DNA of 63,999 nucleotides, filler included. It is 14 parts of 14 records of this genome, joined end to end, with 100 filler letters (N's around TTAATTAATTAA, not from the genome) between each part and the next. Parts side by side here need not be neighbours in the genome. Positions count along the whole stretch, not along the records: positions 1 to 17,045 come from SRR9188676_2764; 13 more parts are not named here. One strand, 5' to 3'. Under the pieces are notes generated by a model. It was given only the letters and a program-made list of their open reading frames with translations. It searched no databases and was not told the DNA's origin. Made by a program: the position numbers and the translations under genes. This document shows positions 1 through 9,279 of this stretch, in pieces (the stretch's first letter is position 1; each line of letters starts with the position of its first letter).

Positions 1-26
1 CAATTCACAACTCACTCATTCACTAA

Positions 27-1202
27 CTACCCTACTCTCGGACAGCGCTTAAATTCTTTCGTTCTATCAAACAAATAGCGATAAGTGATATATTCTTTGT
101 CACGAGTTGTTCCTAATTGAGAAACAAAACGATTCATTTTTGGATTAAAATCGCCCACCCAGTTCATATCAATGGTTTCATACTGATAATGCGGATTATC
201 TCTTCCTGCCTGACGGAAACGCAAAGCGATAGCAGATTCAACCCCTTTTCCTTGAAAGTCTGGCACAACGCCAAAGATTACGCCACAAGTACGAGTAATC
301 ACGCCACGCATCAGGAGTAACATAAACTTAGCTTTTTCCCAAACGCCAAATTTACCGTTAAGATGTTTTACTATTTGATTAATATCTGGAATCACGATAA
401 AAAATGCGATTGGACGCTCGCCAGCGTAGGCAAACCAAGTAAGTTCTTCGTCGATAATAGGTTTCATTTGTTTTACCAAATTACTTGCCTGTTCTTCTGT
501 CATGGCTTTTACACCCGGAAATTTTGCCCAACCTTCATTGAAAATCGTTCTAAAATCTTCGCCATATTTCGCCAATTTACTCTTTTCGATATGTCTAAAT
601 GAGTACTCTGGATTTTCATAAATACGTTTAGCTTTTTCCTCTACAGCAGGAGCAACAGAAGCCGCTCGTATCGGCGATACATAAACATATTGTTGGAAAT
701 AATCCTTGAAACCATATTTATCAAAGTACTGAATATAATATTCTTTCGTCCAAGGCATTTTGTAGGTAGGTTCATATTGCCAACCTTTGGTCATCAAACC
801 CCAGAAAGAATCTCTTTCTCCAAAATTAATGGGTCCGTCCATCGCTTCCATACCTTTAGAAGATAGCCAGTTTTTACAAGTATCAAATAATATAAAAGCA
901 GCAGTTTCGTCTTCAATACATTCAAAAAAGCCCATTCCGCCTGTAGGTTGTTCTTCTTTTGTAGCCGTTTCGTGATTGATAAAAGCGGCAACTCTTCCGA
1001 TAGTTTTACCTTTTTCGTCCTGCAAAATCCAACGAATGGCTTCTCCGTGTTTGAAGTATTTATTTTTCTCAGGATTGAAAGTATTTTCAATATCTTGGTC
1101 GAGCGGACGAATCCAGTTTTTATCCTGTTCATACAAACTCACAGGTAATAAAAGAAATTCTTGTTGGAGATGTTTATGGTTAGCTACTTCTAAAATGGTC
1201 AT
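27..1202 (-). CDS. YghO-like tandem GNAT-fold acyltransferase (family containing bacterial ceramide synthase bCerS)
   Basis: 391 aa. Family-typical motifs LPxxLY..W.RPL, IGRVAAFIN, GFFECI and GPINF, plus a C-terminal acetyl-CoA-binding loop GVVPDFQGKGV. Confidence 0.7.
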   Translation of the reverse strand: MTILEVANHKHLQQEFLLLPVSLYEQDKNWIRPLDQDIENTFNPEKNKYFKHGEAIRWILQDEKGKTIGRVAAFINHETATKEEQPTGGMGFFECIEDETAAFILFDTCKNWLSSKGMEAMDGPINFGERDSFWGLMTKGWQYEPTYKMPWTKEYYIQYFDKYGFKDYFQQYVYVSPIRAASVAPAVEEKAKRIYENPEYSFRHIEKSKLAKYGEDFRTIFNEGWAKFPGVKAMTEEQASNLVKQMKPIIDEELTWFAYAGERPIAFFIVIPDINQIVKHLNGKFGVWEKAKFMLLLMRGVITRTCGVIFGVVPDFQGKGVESAIALRFRQAGRDNPHYQYETIDMNWVGDFNPKMNRFVSQLGTTRDKEYITYRYLFDRTKEFKRCPRVG

Positions 1203-1284
1203 TGTTGTTGGGTTGAATATTTTTTCAAAGATAGAGGATTTTGGTTTGAGATAATTGATGAAGTAATTTTAAGTGTAAATAAGG

Positions 1285-1323
1285 AAGTAGTAACTAAGTA
1301 GTAACTAAGTAGTAACTAAGTAG
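1285..1323. repeat. 11-bp tandem repeat (AAGTAGTAACT) x3.5 between divergent genes
   Basis: Exact copies at 1285, 1296 and 1307, partial copy at 1318. Confidence 0.95.
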
Positions 1324-1332
1324 CTTAAGTTA

Positions 1333-1340
1333 TATATTTG
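1333..1340 (+). promoter_or_regulatory. Bacteroidota sigma-A -7 element (TAnnTTTG)
   Basis: TATATTTG lies 15 nt before the ATG at 1356. The same motif precedes cysS (3073-3080), dxs (6517-6524) and the 8726 ORF (8714-8721). Confidence 0.55.
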
Positions 1341-1355
1341 TTCAAAAATAATAAT

Positions 1356-2987
1356 ATGGCATTACCTATCAATATAGAAGACCTCATCAACGGTCAGACC
1401 GTGGAATGGGAAAGGATAGAGTTTAAACGTGGTTGGAATCCTGAAGAAATAGTTCATACTTTATGTGCATTTGCAAATGATTTAAATAATTGGGGAGGAG
1501 GATATGTAATTGTGGGGATAGAAGAAAAAGAAGGTATTCCTATTCTTCCGCCTTGTGGTATTAATCAAGCTGAGTTGGATGCTATTCAAGGAAAAGTATT
1601 AGAATTAGCTTATCAGATTTTACCCAATTATTATCCGTTAGTTCAACCCTATGTAATTAGTGGCAAACATATTTTGGTTATTTGGTGTCCCGCTGGAGAT
1701 AATCGACCATATACAGCTCCATATACACAAGGAAAACAACCTCAGCGTTATCCATACATTAGGTTTGGCTCTCGAAGTATTGTGGCTAAAGATGATAATT
1801 TACGAAGGCTTCAAGAACTTACAGCAAGAATACCATTTGATGATAGAATTAATGGTAGAGCAAGTTTGAATGACCTTGATTTAGGAATTCTTCAAGCCTT
1901 TCTTCAAGAAGTAAAAAGTGATTTATATGAAGAAAGTAAAAAAATATCCTTTGCAGAGCTGTGTCAAAGAATGCTCATAGCTAAGGGACCTAAAGAATCA
2001 ATTAGACCATTAAACGTCGGGATATTATTTTTCTGCCGTGAACCTGAAAAATACTTGGATAGGTGTTGGATAGAATTAGTGATACATCATGATGAGACAG
2101 GGAGAAATTTTACTGAAAAGTATTTCAAAGGACCTATTCATCACCAAATAAGAACAATTTTAGAGTATTTTAGAACAAATATCATTCAAGAGGATATTTT
2201 AAAAGTTTCTGGTAAGGCTGAAGCGGATAGATATGTTAATTATCCTTTTGAAGCATTAGAAGAGATTTTTGCAAATGCAGTTTATCATAAAAGTTATGAA
2301 GTAGGAAAACCAATAGAAGTACAAATTTGGGATGATAAAATTGAAGTTTTGAGTTTTCCTGGACCAGTACCTCCAGTAGATGCTCAAATTTTGAAACAGA
2401 ATCAAAGAATAGTAGCAAGAGATTATAGAAATAGGAGGATTGGGGATTTTTTGAAAGAACTTAGGCTTACTGAAGGTCGAGGAACAGGCTTTCCTAGAAT
2501 TTATGATGCATTAGAAAAGAATGATTCACCCAGACCCATATTTGATACTAATGAACAATCGACTTATTTTTTGACAACAATTTTTGCGAAAAAAAATCCT
2601 CAAACTTCAAATATTGAAAATACAAAATCTCGTGTTTCAAAATTTAATTATCATGATTTGTTGAAGCATTTATACGAGGAATCAAAACCGCTGCCTACCA
2701 CAGCAGATTTAGAAAGAGTTGAAAGGACTTTAGCCTCCATAGATGAAAAAATGCTAATGATTCTTATGTTTTTAGATAAAAATGGAGAAAAAAAGAAAAA
2801 AGAAATTTTTTCATATATAGGATTAACAACTCAAAGTAAGAATGTTAATAATTATTTGATTCCTCTTGTCGAAAAAGGACTCGTTCAACCAACATTTAAA
2901 GACAGTAGGAATAGTCCTTTACAGCAATACTTCATAACTGAATTTGGAAGAAAAGTGCTGGATTTAAAAGAAACATTTTTTAGTTAA
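1356..2987 (+). CDS. Schlafen/AlbA_2 domain + HATPase_c_4 ('RecG C-terminal') + winged-helix protein
   Basis: N-terminal EWERIEFK..CAFAN..GGG..GI (AlbA_2); central YPFEALEEIFANAVYHKSY and RNRRI..L.EGRGTG; C-terminal wHTH ending SPLQQYFIT. ATG at 1356 preferred over the ORF-track TTG at 1338. Confidence 0.85.
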   Translation: MALPINIEDLINGQTVEWERIEFKRGWNPEEIVHTLCAFANDLNNWGGGYVIVGIEEKEGIPILPPCGINQAELDAIQGKVLELAYQILPNYYPLVQPYVISGKHILVIWCPAGDNRPYTAPYTQGKQPQRYPYIRFGSRSIVAKDDNLRRLQELTARIPFDDRINGRASLNDLDLGILQAFLQEVKSDLYEESKKISFAELCQRMLIAKGPKESIRPLNVGILFFCREPEKYLDRCWIELVIHHDETGRNFTEKYFKGPIHHQIRTILEYFRTNIIQEDILKVSGKAEADRYVNYPFEALEEIFANAVYHKSYEVGKPIEVQIWDDKIEVLSFPGPVPPVDAQILKQNQRIVARDYRNRRIGDFLKELRLTEGRGTGFPRIYDALEKNDSPRPIFDTNEQSTYFLTTIFAKKNPQTSNIENTKSRVSKFNYHDLLKHLYEESKPLPTTADLERVERTLASIDEKMLMILMFLDKNGEKKKKEIFSYIGLTTQSKNVNNYLIPLVEKGLVQPTFKDSRNSPLQQYFITEFGRKVLDLKETFFS

Positions 2988-3000
2988 AATAAATATTATC

Positions 3001-3037
3001 AAAAAGCTATTTGTTCATATCTGTCAAATAGCTTTTT
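3001..3037 (+). terminator. Intrinsic terminator hairpin
   Basis: AAAAAGCTATTTG-N11-CAAATAGCTTTTT just after the stop at 2987. Confidence 0.75.
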
Positions 3038-3119
3038 GGAACGAAAATTACTTCAATCCGTTATACTTTTATTAGTTTTGTAAAGAAATCAATTTAGTCC
3101 ACAAGAATAATCAAACTGA

Positions 3120-4610
3120 ATGCAACCCCTAAAAATATACAATACCCTCAGCCGAGAAAAAGAACTTTTTACGCCCATCAACGCCCCGCATGTGGGAATG
3201 TATGTTTGTGGACCAACGGTTTATAATTACGTTCACCTTGGAAATGTCCGTACTTTTTTAACTTTCGATATTCTCAATCGTTACCTTACTCATATTGGCT
3301 ACAAAGTGCGTTATGTAAGAAATATTACAGACGTTGGTCACTTGGTGGGCGATGGCGACGAAGGCGAAGATAAAATCGGCAAAATGGCGAAGCTCGAAAA
3401 GCTTGAGCCGATGGAAATTGTGCAGCGTTATACCAATGATTTCCATAAAGTACTCGAACAATTTAATTTACTTCCGCCAAGTATCGAACCTTCGGCTACA
3501 GGTCATATTGTAGAACAAATCGAAACTACAAAATCTTTAATTGACAAAGGTTTAGCTTACGAATCGCAAGGTTCTGTATATTTTGATATTGCTCGCTATA
3601 ATGCAGAAGGAGGAAATTATGGTAAACTTTCGGGAAGAGTACTGGAAGATTTATTAACCGAAACTCGTGATTTAGATGGCGTTGGTGAAAAGCGTAATCC
3701 TTTAGATTTTGCTCTTTGGAAAAAAGCTGCTCCTGAACATTTAATGCGTTGGACTTCGCCTTGGGGCGATGGTTTTCCGGGTTGGCATTTAGAATGTACT
3801 TGTATGAGTACCAAATATTTAGGTGATACTTTCGATATTCATGGCGGAGGAATGGATTTGAAGTTCCCACATCATGAATGCGAAATTGCTCAGGCAAAAG
3901 GTGTAAATGGCGTTGAACCAGTTCGCTATTGGATGCACTCGAATATGCTTACGGTGAACGGACAAAAAATGTCTAAATCTTTGGGCAATTCTTTCTTGCC
4001 AGCTGAATTATTTGCTGGTTCGCATCCATTGTTAGAGCAGGCATACAGCCCGATGACGGTTCGTTTCTTCATGTTGCAATCGCAGTATAGAAGTACTTTA
4101 GATTTTTCAAACGATGCTTTAAAGGCTGCTCAGAAAGGTTATAAACGTTTGATTAATGGATTAAGAATCGTCAAAAATCTTGAATACATTGCTGATGATG
4201 CTATCGTCGTTGATGAAAAACAAGTATCTGAAGTAGAAAAAGGTATTCAAAACTGCTACGATGGTTTGAATGATGATTTGAATACTGCTGTTGCTATTGC
4301 AGGCTTGTTTAATTTGGTCAAGAAAATCAACCAGCTCTATATGGGACAAGTACAAACCGCCCAATTAGGCGAAAGTACTTTTACTTTGTTGAAAGAATCA
4401 TTCGTTGCTATTATTGAAAATGTACTTGGCTTAATTGAAGAACCAAACGAGAATGTTGAAGCTTTTGCGAAAGGAATGTTATCGCTTTATCGTGAATACA
4501 AAGAAGCAAAACAATACGATAAAGTAGATGAAATCAGAGGTTACTTCAAGGCGAATGGTTTAGTCATCAAAGACATGAAAACAAAAATTGATTGGGCTTA
4601 CGAAGAGTAA
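3120..4610 (+). CDS. cysS: Cysteine--tRNA ligase
   Basis: MYVCGPTVY, HIGH-like HLGN, PGWHLEC, DIHGGGMDLKFPHHECE and KMSKS. Confidence 0.99.
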   Translation: MQPLKIYNTLSREKELFTPINAPHVGMYVCGPTVYNYVHLGNVRTFLTFDILNRYLTHIGYKVRYVRNITDVGHLVGDGDEGEDKIGKMAKLEKLEPMEIVQRYTNDFHKVLEQFNLLPPSIEPSATGHIVEQIETTKSLIDKGLAYESQGSVYFDIARYNAEGGNYGKLSGRVLEDLLTETRDLDGVGEKRNPLDFALWKKAAPEHLMRWTSPWGDGFPGWHLECTCMSTKYLGDTFDIHGGGMDLKFPHHECEIAQAKGVNGVEPVRYWMHSNMLTVNGQKMSKSLGNSFLPAELFAGSHPLLEQAYSPMTVRFFMLQSQYRSTLDFSNDALKAAQKGYKRLINGLRIVKNLEYIADDAIVVDEKQVSEVEKGIQNCYDGLNDDLNTAVAIAGLFNLVKKINQLYMGQVQTAQLGESTFTLLKESFVAIIENVLGLIEEPNENVEAFAKGMLSLYREYKEAKQYDKVDEIRGYFKANGLVIKDMKTKIDWAYEE

Positions 4611-4645
4611 CCTTAACTATTTTATTCAATTTTTAACGAATTCAA

Positions 4646-5434
4646 ATGAGAACTCCCAGTATAACGCCTGTTGTGAAGGCATTGATGGCGATTAATATTA
4701 TCGTATTTGGTGTAGAGTATTTTGGTCATAAAGATATGATTGTGTCGGTAATGGGGCTTCATTACTTTACTTCTGATAAGTTTTTACCTTTTCAGTTTTT
4801 AACATCTCTTTTTGTTCATGCAGATCTTCATCATTTATTTAACAATATGTTGGGCTTGTTTTTTCTTGGGCCAATGTTAGAAATGTATTGGGGAGACAAG
4901 CGTTTTTTGACTTTCTTTTTAGTAACAGGAATGGGCTCTGGTTTACTATATATGGGTTTAAAGTATTATGATTATTCAATGCTTGAATCAGCCACAAGAG
5001 CATATATTGAACATCCAGATTTAAATCAGTTTAGTAAATTTTTGTATCAGTATTTTCCAGACGGAATACCGCATAATGCTTATGCACTAATTGAAGGGAA
5101 TCCAAACAATATTACCGTACAGAATTCAGTTCTAGTTGCACAAGAATGTTTGAAGTCTGTTTTGGATACTCCACTAATCGGAGCATCTGGAGCGGTGTTT
5201 GGTGTAATGGCAGGTTTTGCCTTGCTTTTTCCTAATACTGAACTAATGCTTTTTTTATTACCAATCCCGATAAAAGCGAAATATTTTGTAGCTTTATACG
5301 GTCTATACGAACTGTATGCTGGCTTGAATAAAATGCCGGGTGATAATGTCGCACATTTTGCCCATATCGGTGGAATGATATTTGCGTTTATTCTAATTAA
5401 AATTTGGGGTAAAAATAGAAACTCCTTTTATTGA
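4646..5434 (+). CDS. Rhomboid family intramembrane serine protease
   Basis: HLFNNM, catalytic GASG and AHFAHIGG, multiple TM segments. Confidence 0.95.
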   Translation: MRTPSITPVVKALMAINIIVFGVEYFGHKDMIVSVMGLHYFTSDKFLPFQFLTSLFVHADLHHLFNNMLGLFFLGPMLEMYWGDKRFLTFFLVTGMGSGLLYMGLKYYDYSMLESATRAYIEHPDLNQFSKFLYQYFPDGIPHNAYALIEGNPNNITVQNSVLVAQECLKSVLDTPLIGASGAVFGVMAGFALLFPNTELMLFLLPIPIKAKYFVALYGLYELYAGLNKMPGDNVAHFAHIGGMIFAFILIKIWGKNRNSFY

Positions 5435-5520
5435 AAATAATAACATTCTGTTTTTCAAATTGTTATATTGAAACATTGAAGTTTTTTGAGTAATATTAAA
5501 GTTTATAAAGGAATATAAAA

Positions 5521-6432
5521 ATGAGTGGGATTTTAGATGACTTTAAAGACGCTTTTTCCAAGCGAAACAATGGCTTAATTCAGCTAATATGGTTGAATGT
5601 AGCTGTATATGTTGTGATGTTGTTGGTGTTGATAAGTCTAACAATTTTCTTTAAAAAAGCTGAATTGTTTGATAATGCTTTATCATACTTAAGCCTCACG
5701 CCGTCTTTAGGGGTTTTTATGTATCGTCCGTGGACGATTCTTACTTACTCTTTCTTTCACTCTGTTAATCCCATTGCTCATTTATTGCCCAATATGTTGA
5801 TGCTTTACTGGTTTGGAGCCATCATTCAAGAGTTTTTGGGTAGCCGTAGATTAATCAATTTGTATATTTTAGGGGCAATTTTCGGAGGTGTTTTTGCTTT
5901 ACTTACTTTCAACTTTATTCCTTATTATCAAACAGGAATTAATACAACCATTATTGGTGCTTCTGGCAGTGTAATGGCAATTATGTTTGCCGCCGCTACG
6001 CTTGCTCCAGATTATACTTTTTTCTTGTTTTTGATTGGTCCTGTTAGAATAAAATACATCGCCTTCTTTTTCTTTTTGATTTCATTGGCTGGTGCAATTG
6101 GAGTAAATGCTGGCGGAGGAATTGTCCACTTAGGCGGTGCTTTATTGGGTTATTTGTACGTGAAACAATTGCAAGCAGGTAACGATTGGGGAACACCAAT
6201 TGATGTAACGGTAGATTTTTTCAAAAGAATTATCAATCGTACCGAAAAACCGAAGATTAAAGTTGCTTACCGACAAAAAGAAACTTCTTACAATAGTACA
6301 AGTGTAGGTGTAGGCGTTGGTTATCCAGATGAAGATGAAGTTGATGCTATTTTAGATAAAATTTCACGCTCAGGCTACGAAAGTTTAACAAAAGAAGAAA
6401 AACAAAAACTATTCAAAGCTTCTCAGAAGTAA
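5521..6432 (+). CDS. Rhomboid family protease with C-terminal DUF6576-like tail
   Basis: HLLPNM, GASG and HLGG; tail VDAILDKISRSGYESLTKEEK. Confidence 0.93.
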   Translation: MSGILDDFKDAFSKRNNGLIQLIWLNVAVYVVMLLVLISLTIFFKKAELFDNALSYLSLTPSLGVFMYRPWTILTYSFFHSVNPIAHLLPNMLMLYWFGAIIQEFLGSRRLINLYILGAIFGGVFALLTFNFIPYYQTGINTTIIGASGSVMAIMFAAATLAPDYTFFLFLIGPVRIKYIAFFFFLISLAGAIGVNAGGGIVHLGGALLGYLYVKQLQAGNDWGTPIDVTVDFFKRIINRTEKPKIKVAYRQKETSYNSTSVGVGVGYPDEDEVDAILDKISRSGYESLTKEEKQKLFKASQK

Positions 6433-6451
6433 GATAATATACTCATTTTTC

Positions 6452-6489
6452 AAAAAAAGGTTAAGTAGTAAATCTGCTTGACCTTTTTT
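6452..6489 (+). terminator. Intrinsic terminator
   Basis: AAAAAAAGGTTAAGTAG-taaat-CTGCTTGACCTTTTTT. Confidence 0.75.
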
Positions 6490-6631
6490 ATTGTTACCAA
6501 GCTTAAAATATTTCCGTAAATTTGTCAGCTCAATACGAAGTTTGACCTAAGATTCTTCCTATATTTAAGTTTAGTAAAACATTTTAAGGATTAACAGGGT
6601 TATTACTTTCAAATTCACACTCGGAAAACCC

Positions 6632-8593
6632 ATGCAAATTATACCCGGAAAAATATTAGCTCAGATTAATACTCCAGAAGATTTAAGGAGACGTAATCGT
6701 TCTGAATTGTTGCAGATTTGTGATGAACTGCGTCAATACATTATTGATGATGTATCGGTGTATGGCGGACATTTTGGGGCTTCGCTTGGTGTGGTTGAAT
6801 TATCCGTAGCACTTCATTATGTTTTCAATACGCCCAACGATCAGTTAATTTGGGATGTAGGTCATCAAGCTTACGGACATAAAATCTTAACAGGGCGTAG
6901 AGATAATTTTCATAGCAATCGCCTTTATGGTGGTATTTCTGGTTTCCCAAAACGCAAAGAGAGTAAATATGATGCCTTCGGTGTTGGGCATTCTTCTACT
7001 TCTATTTCAGCGGCTTTGGGAATGTCGGTGGCTTCTAATTATAAAGGAGAAACTGACCGTCAGCATATTGCAGTAATTGGCGATGGCTCAATGACGGGAG
7101 GAATGGCTTTTGAAGCGATGAACCATGCGGGAGATATTCCGAACAATATGATTATCATTTTGAATGATAATTGTATGGCAATCGACCCGAATGTTGGTGC
7201 TTTGAAAGAATATTTAACAGATATTACTACTTCACATACTTATAATCGAGTAAAAGATGAAGTGTGGAATCTGTTAGGAAAAATGTCAACATTTGGCAAA
7301 TCTGCTCAAGACATTGTTTCTAAAATTGAAAATGGACTAAAAGCTACTTTGCTCAAACAAAGTAATTTATTTGAATCACTGAATTTACGATATTTCGGGC
7401 CAATCGATGGGCACGATGTAGAATATATGGTTACGGTCTTGAATGATTTGAAAAACATTCCTGGTCCTAAAATTCTTCACTGTATTACTACCAAAGGCAA
7501 GGGTTATGCTTTAGCTGAAAAAGACCAAACTTTATGGCATGCGCCGGGTAAGTTTGATAAGATTACTGGTGAAATCAAGAAGAAGTATTATTCCACGCCA
7601 CAAGCGCCAAAGTATCAAGATGTTTTCGGGCATACAATTGTTGAATTAGCAGAGAAAAATTCAAAAATTATGGGCGTAACGCCTGCAATGCCTTCGGGAA
7701 GTTCGCTGAATTTGATGATGAAAGTAATGCCAAATCGTGCTTTCGATGTTGGAATTGCGGAACAACATGCAGTTACTTTCTCGGCGGGTATGGCTACGCA
7801 AGGACTTACGGTTTTCTGTAATATTTATTCAACCTTTATGCAACGTGCTTACGACCAAGTAATTCACGACGTTGCCATTCAAGAATTGCCCGTTATTTTC
7901 TGTTTAGACCGTGCAGGTTTTGCTGGCGCTGATGGACCTACGCATCATGGAGCTTACGATATTGCTTATATGCGTTGTATTCCAAACATGATTGTTTTCG
8001 CTCCGATGAATGAAAAAGAGTTGAGAGACATTATGTTTACTGTTGCTCAAGACGAATTTAAAGACTTGAAAAAATGTATCTCTATTCGTTATCCACGTGG
8101 CGAAGGTGTTATGCCTAATTGGAAAACAGAATTTGAGAAAATGGAAATCGGTAAAGGTAGAAAAATTAAAGATGGTGAAAATGTAGCGATACTCACAATC
8201 GGTCACATCGGAAACTATGCCGTTCAAGCTTGTGAAGTATTAGCCAACGAAGGCATCAATCCAGCACATTATGATATGCGTTTTGTAAAACCTTTAGACG
8301 AAACGATGCTTCATGAAATTTTCCAAAATTACGATAAAGTAATTACGGTAGAAGATGGTTGTATCCAAGGTGGTTTTGGTACTGCTGTAGCAGAATTTAT
8401 GTTGGACAACAATTACGCAGCACAAATCAAACGTTTGGGTATCCCTGATAGAATTGTAGAGCATGGAGAACAATTAGAGTTACATCATGAATGCGGATTT
8501 GACCCAGAGGGAATTGCAGAAGCGGTTAGAAGTATTCTTGGAACTCAAAAGAATATGAACAAATCAGAAATAGTTAAGGTGGCTCTAAATTAA
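6632..8593 (+). CDS. dxs: 1-deoxy-D-xylulose-5-phosphate synthase
   Basis: GGHFGASLG, WDVGHQAYGHKILTGR, GDG..NDN (TPP-binding), GIAEQHAV and DRAG..GADGPTH. Confidence 0.99.
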   Translation: MQIIPGKILAQINTPEDLRRRNRSELLQICDELRQYIIDDVSVYGGHFGASLGVVELSVALHYVFNTPNDQLIWDVGHQAYGHKILTGRRDNFHSNRLYGGISGFPKRKESKYDAFGVGHSSTSISAALGMSVASNYKGETDRQHIAVIGDGSMTGGMAFEAMNHAGDIPNNMIIILNDNCMAIDPNVGALKEYLTDITTSHTYNRVKDEVWNLLGKMSTFGKSAQDIVSKIENGLKATLLKQSNLFESLNLRYFGPIDGHDVEYMVTVLNDLKNIPGPKILHCITTKGKGYALAEKDQTLWHAPGKFDKITGEIKKKYYSTPQAPKYQDVFGHTIVELAEKNSKIMGVTPAMPSGSSLNLMMKVMPNRAFDVGIAEQHAVTFSAGMATQGLTVFCNIYSTFMQRAYDQVIHDVAIQELPVIFCLDRAGFAGADGPTHHGAYDIAYMRCIPNMIVFAPMNEKELRDIMFTVAQDEFKDLKKCISIRYPRGEGVMPNWKTEFEKMEIGKGRKIKDGENVAILTIGHIGNYAVQACEVLANEGINPAHYDMRFVKPLDETMLHEIFQNYDKVITVEDGCIQGGFGTAVAEFMLDNNYAAQIKRLGIPDRIVEHGEQLELHHECGFDPEGIAEAVRSILGTQKNMNKSEIVKVALN

Positions 8594-8668
8594 TTTTTAG
8601 AGATAATCTGCTGGAAATAAGAGGGATAACTAATAACTTTCACATCTGAAGGCTAATTAATAATGACT

Positions 8669-8696
8669 AAGGCGAAAATGATTTTTCGCCTTTTTT
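8669..8696 (+). terminator. Intrinsic terminator after dxs
   Basis: AAGGCGAAAA-tgat-TTTTCGCCTT followed by a T-run. Its position argues against the ORF-track start at 8663. Confidence 0.7.
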
Positions 8697-8725
8697 ATTT
8701 TGGCTTTATTAACTACATTTGCCCA

Positions 8726-9121
8726 ATGAAACAATTTACAGCCATATTGCTAAGTTTAGTCATCTTTGTGGGAAGCCTATTCCCCAAAGCCGATGCTTTG
8801 CAGTTAGCAAAAATTGGAGAATTGGTAAAACACTATAAAGAACACAAAAATAGTTGGAATGAAAACATTAGCTTTTTAGAGTTTTTAACGATGCATTACT
8901 CTACCGCATCTAAACACTTAAAAACAGCTAAACATTCTCATTCAAATTTACCAAATTTAGATTCACACAGTACAGCAACGCTGTTTGAACCTACTTTCAA
9001 TAAAAAAATTGTACTCCACTTTGATGCTATCTTCAAAGTCTTTTCTGAACCCAATTTCGTTTGGAAAAATTTCTATAGTTTTTCTATAGTTCAGACGCTA
9101 TTCAATCCTCCTCGATTCTAA
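8726..9121 (+). CDS. Small His-rich exported protein upstream of the heavy-metal RND operon, ending FNPPRF
   Basis: Signal-like MKQFTAILLSLVIFVGSL, His motifs HYKEH / FLTMHY / HSH, C-terminal PP motif. TACATTTG promoter element ends 5 nt before the ATG. Confidence 0.75.
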   Translation: MKQFTAILLSLVIFVGSLFPKADALQLAKIGELVKHYKEHKNSWNENISFLEFLTMHYSTASKHLKTAKHSHSNLPNLDSHSTATLFEPTFNKKIVLHFDAIFKVFSEPNFVWKNFYSFSIVQTLFNPPRF

Positions 9122-9279
9122 TTTCTCTAGGCAAAATCCGCTTTGTCATTTCTTATCATTTTTCCATCACGAAGTTTCCTTCGTGAAAATACCTTTATTT
9201 ATAATAATGAGCTTTTCCGTCATGGAATTACAAATTTTTATGTCTTAAAATTTGGGCTCTTCTTCTTGAAAAATATACA

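Noticed and set aside
1338-2987. Annotation as RecG helicase
   Set aside because: No SF2 helicase motifs, only the 'RecG C-terminal' HATPase_c_4 domain.
8663-8725. N-terminal extension of the His-rich ORF given by the ORF track
   Set aside because: It overlaps the dxs terminator and the TAnnTTTG promoter element. ATG 8726 gives a proper signal peptide.
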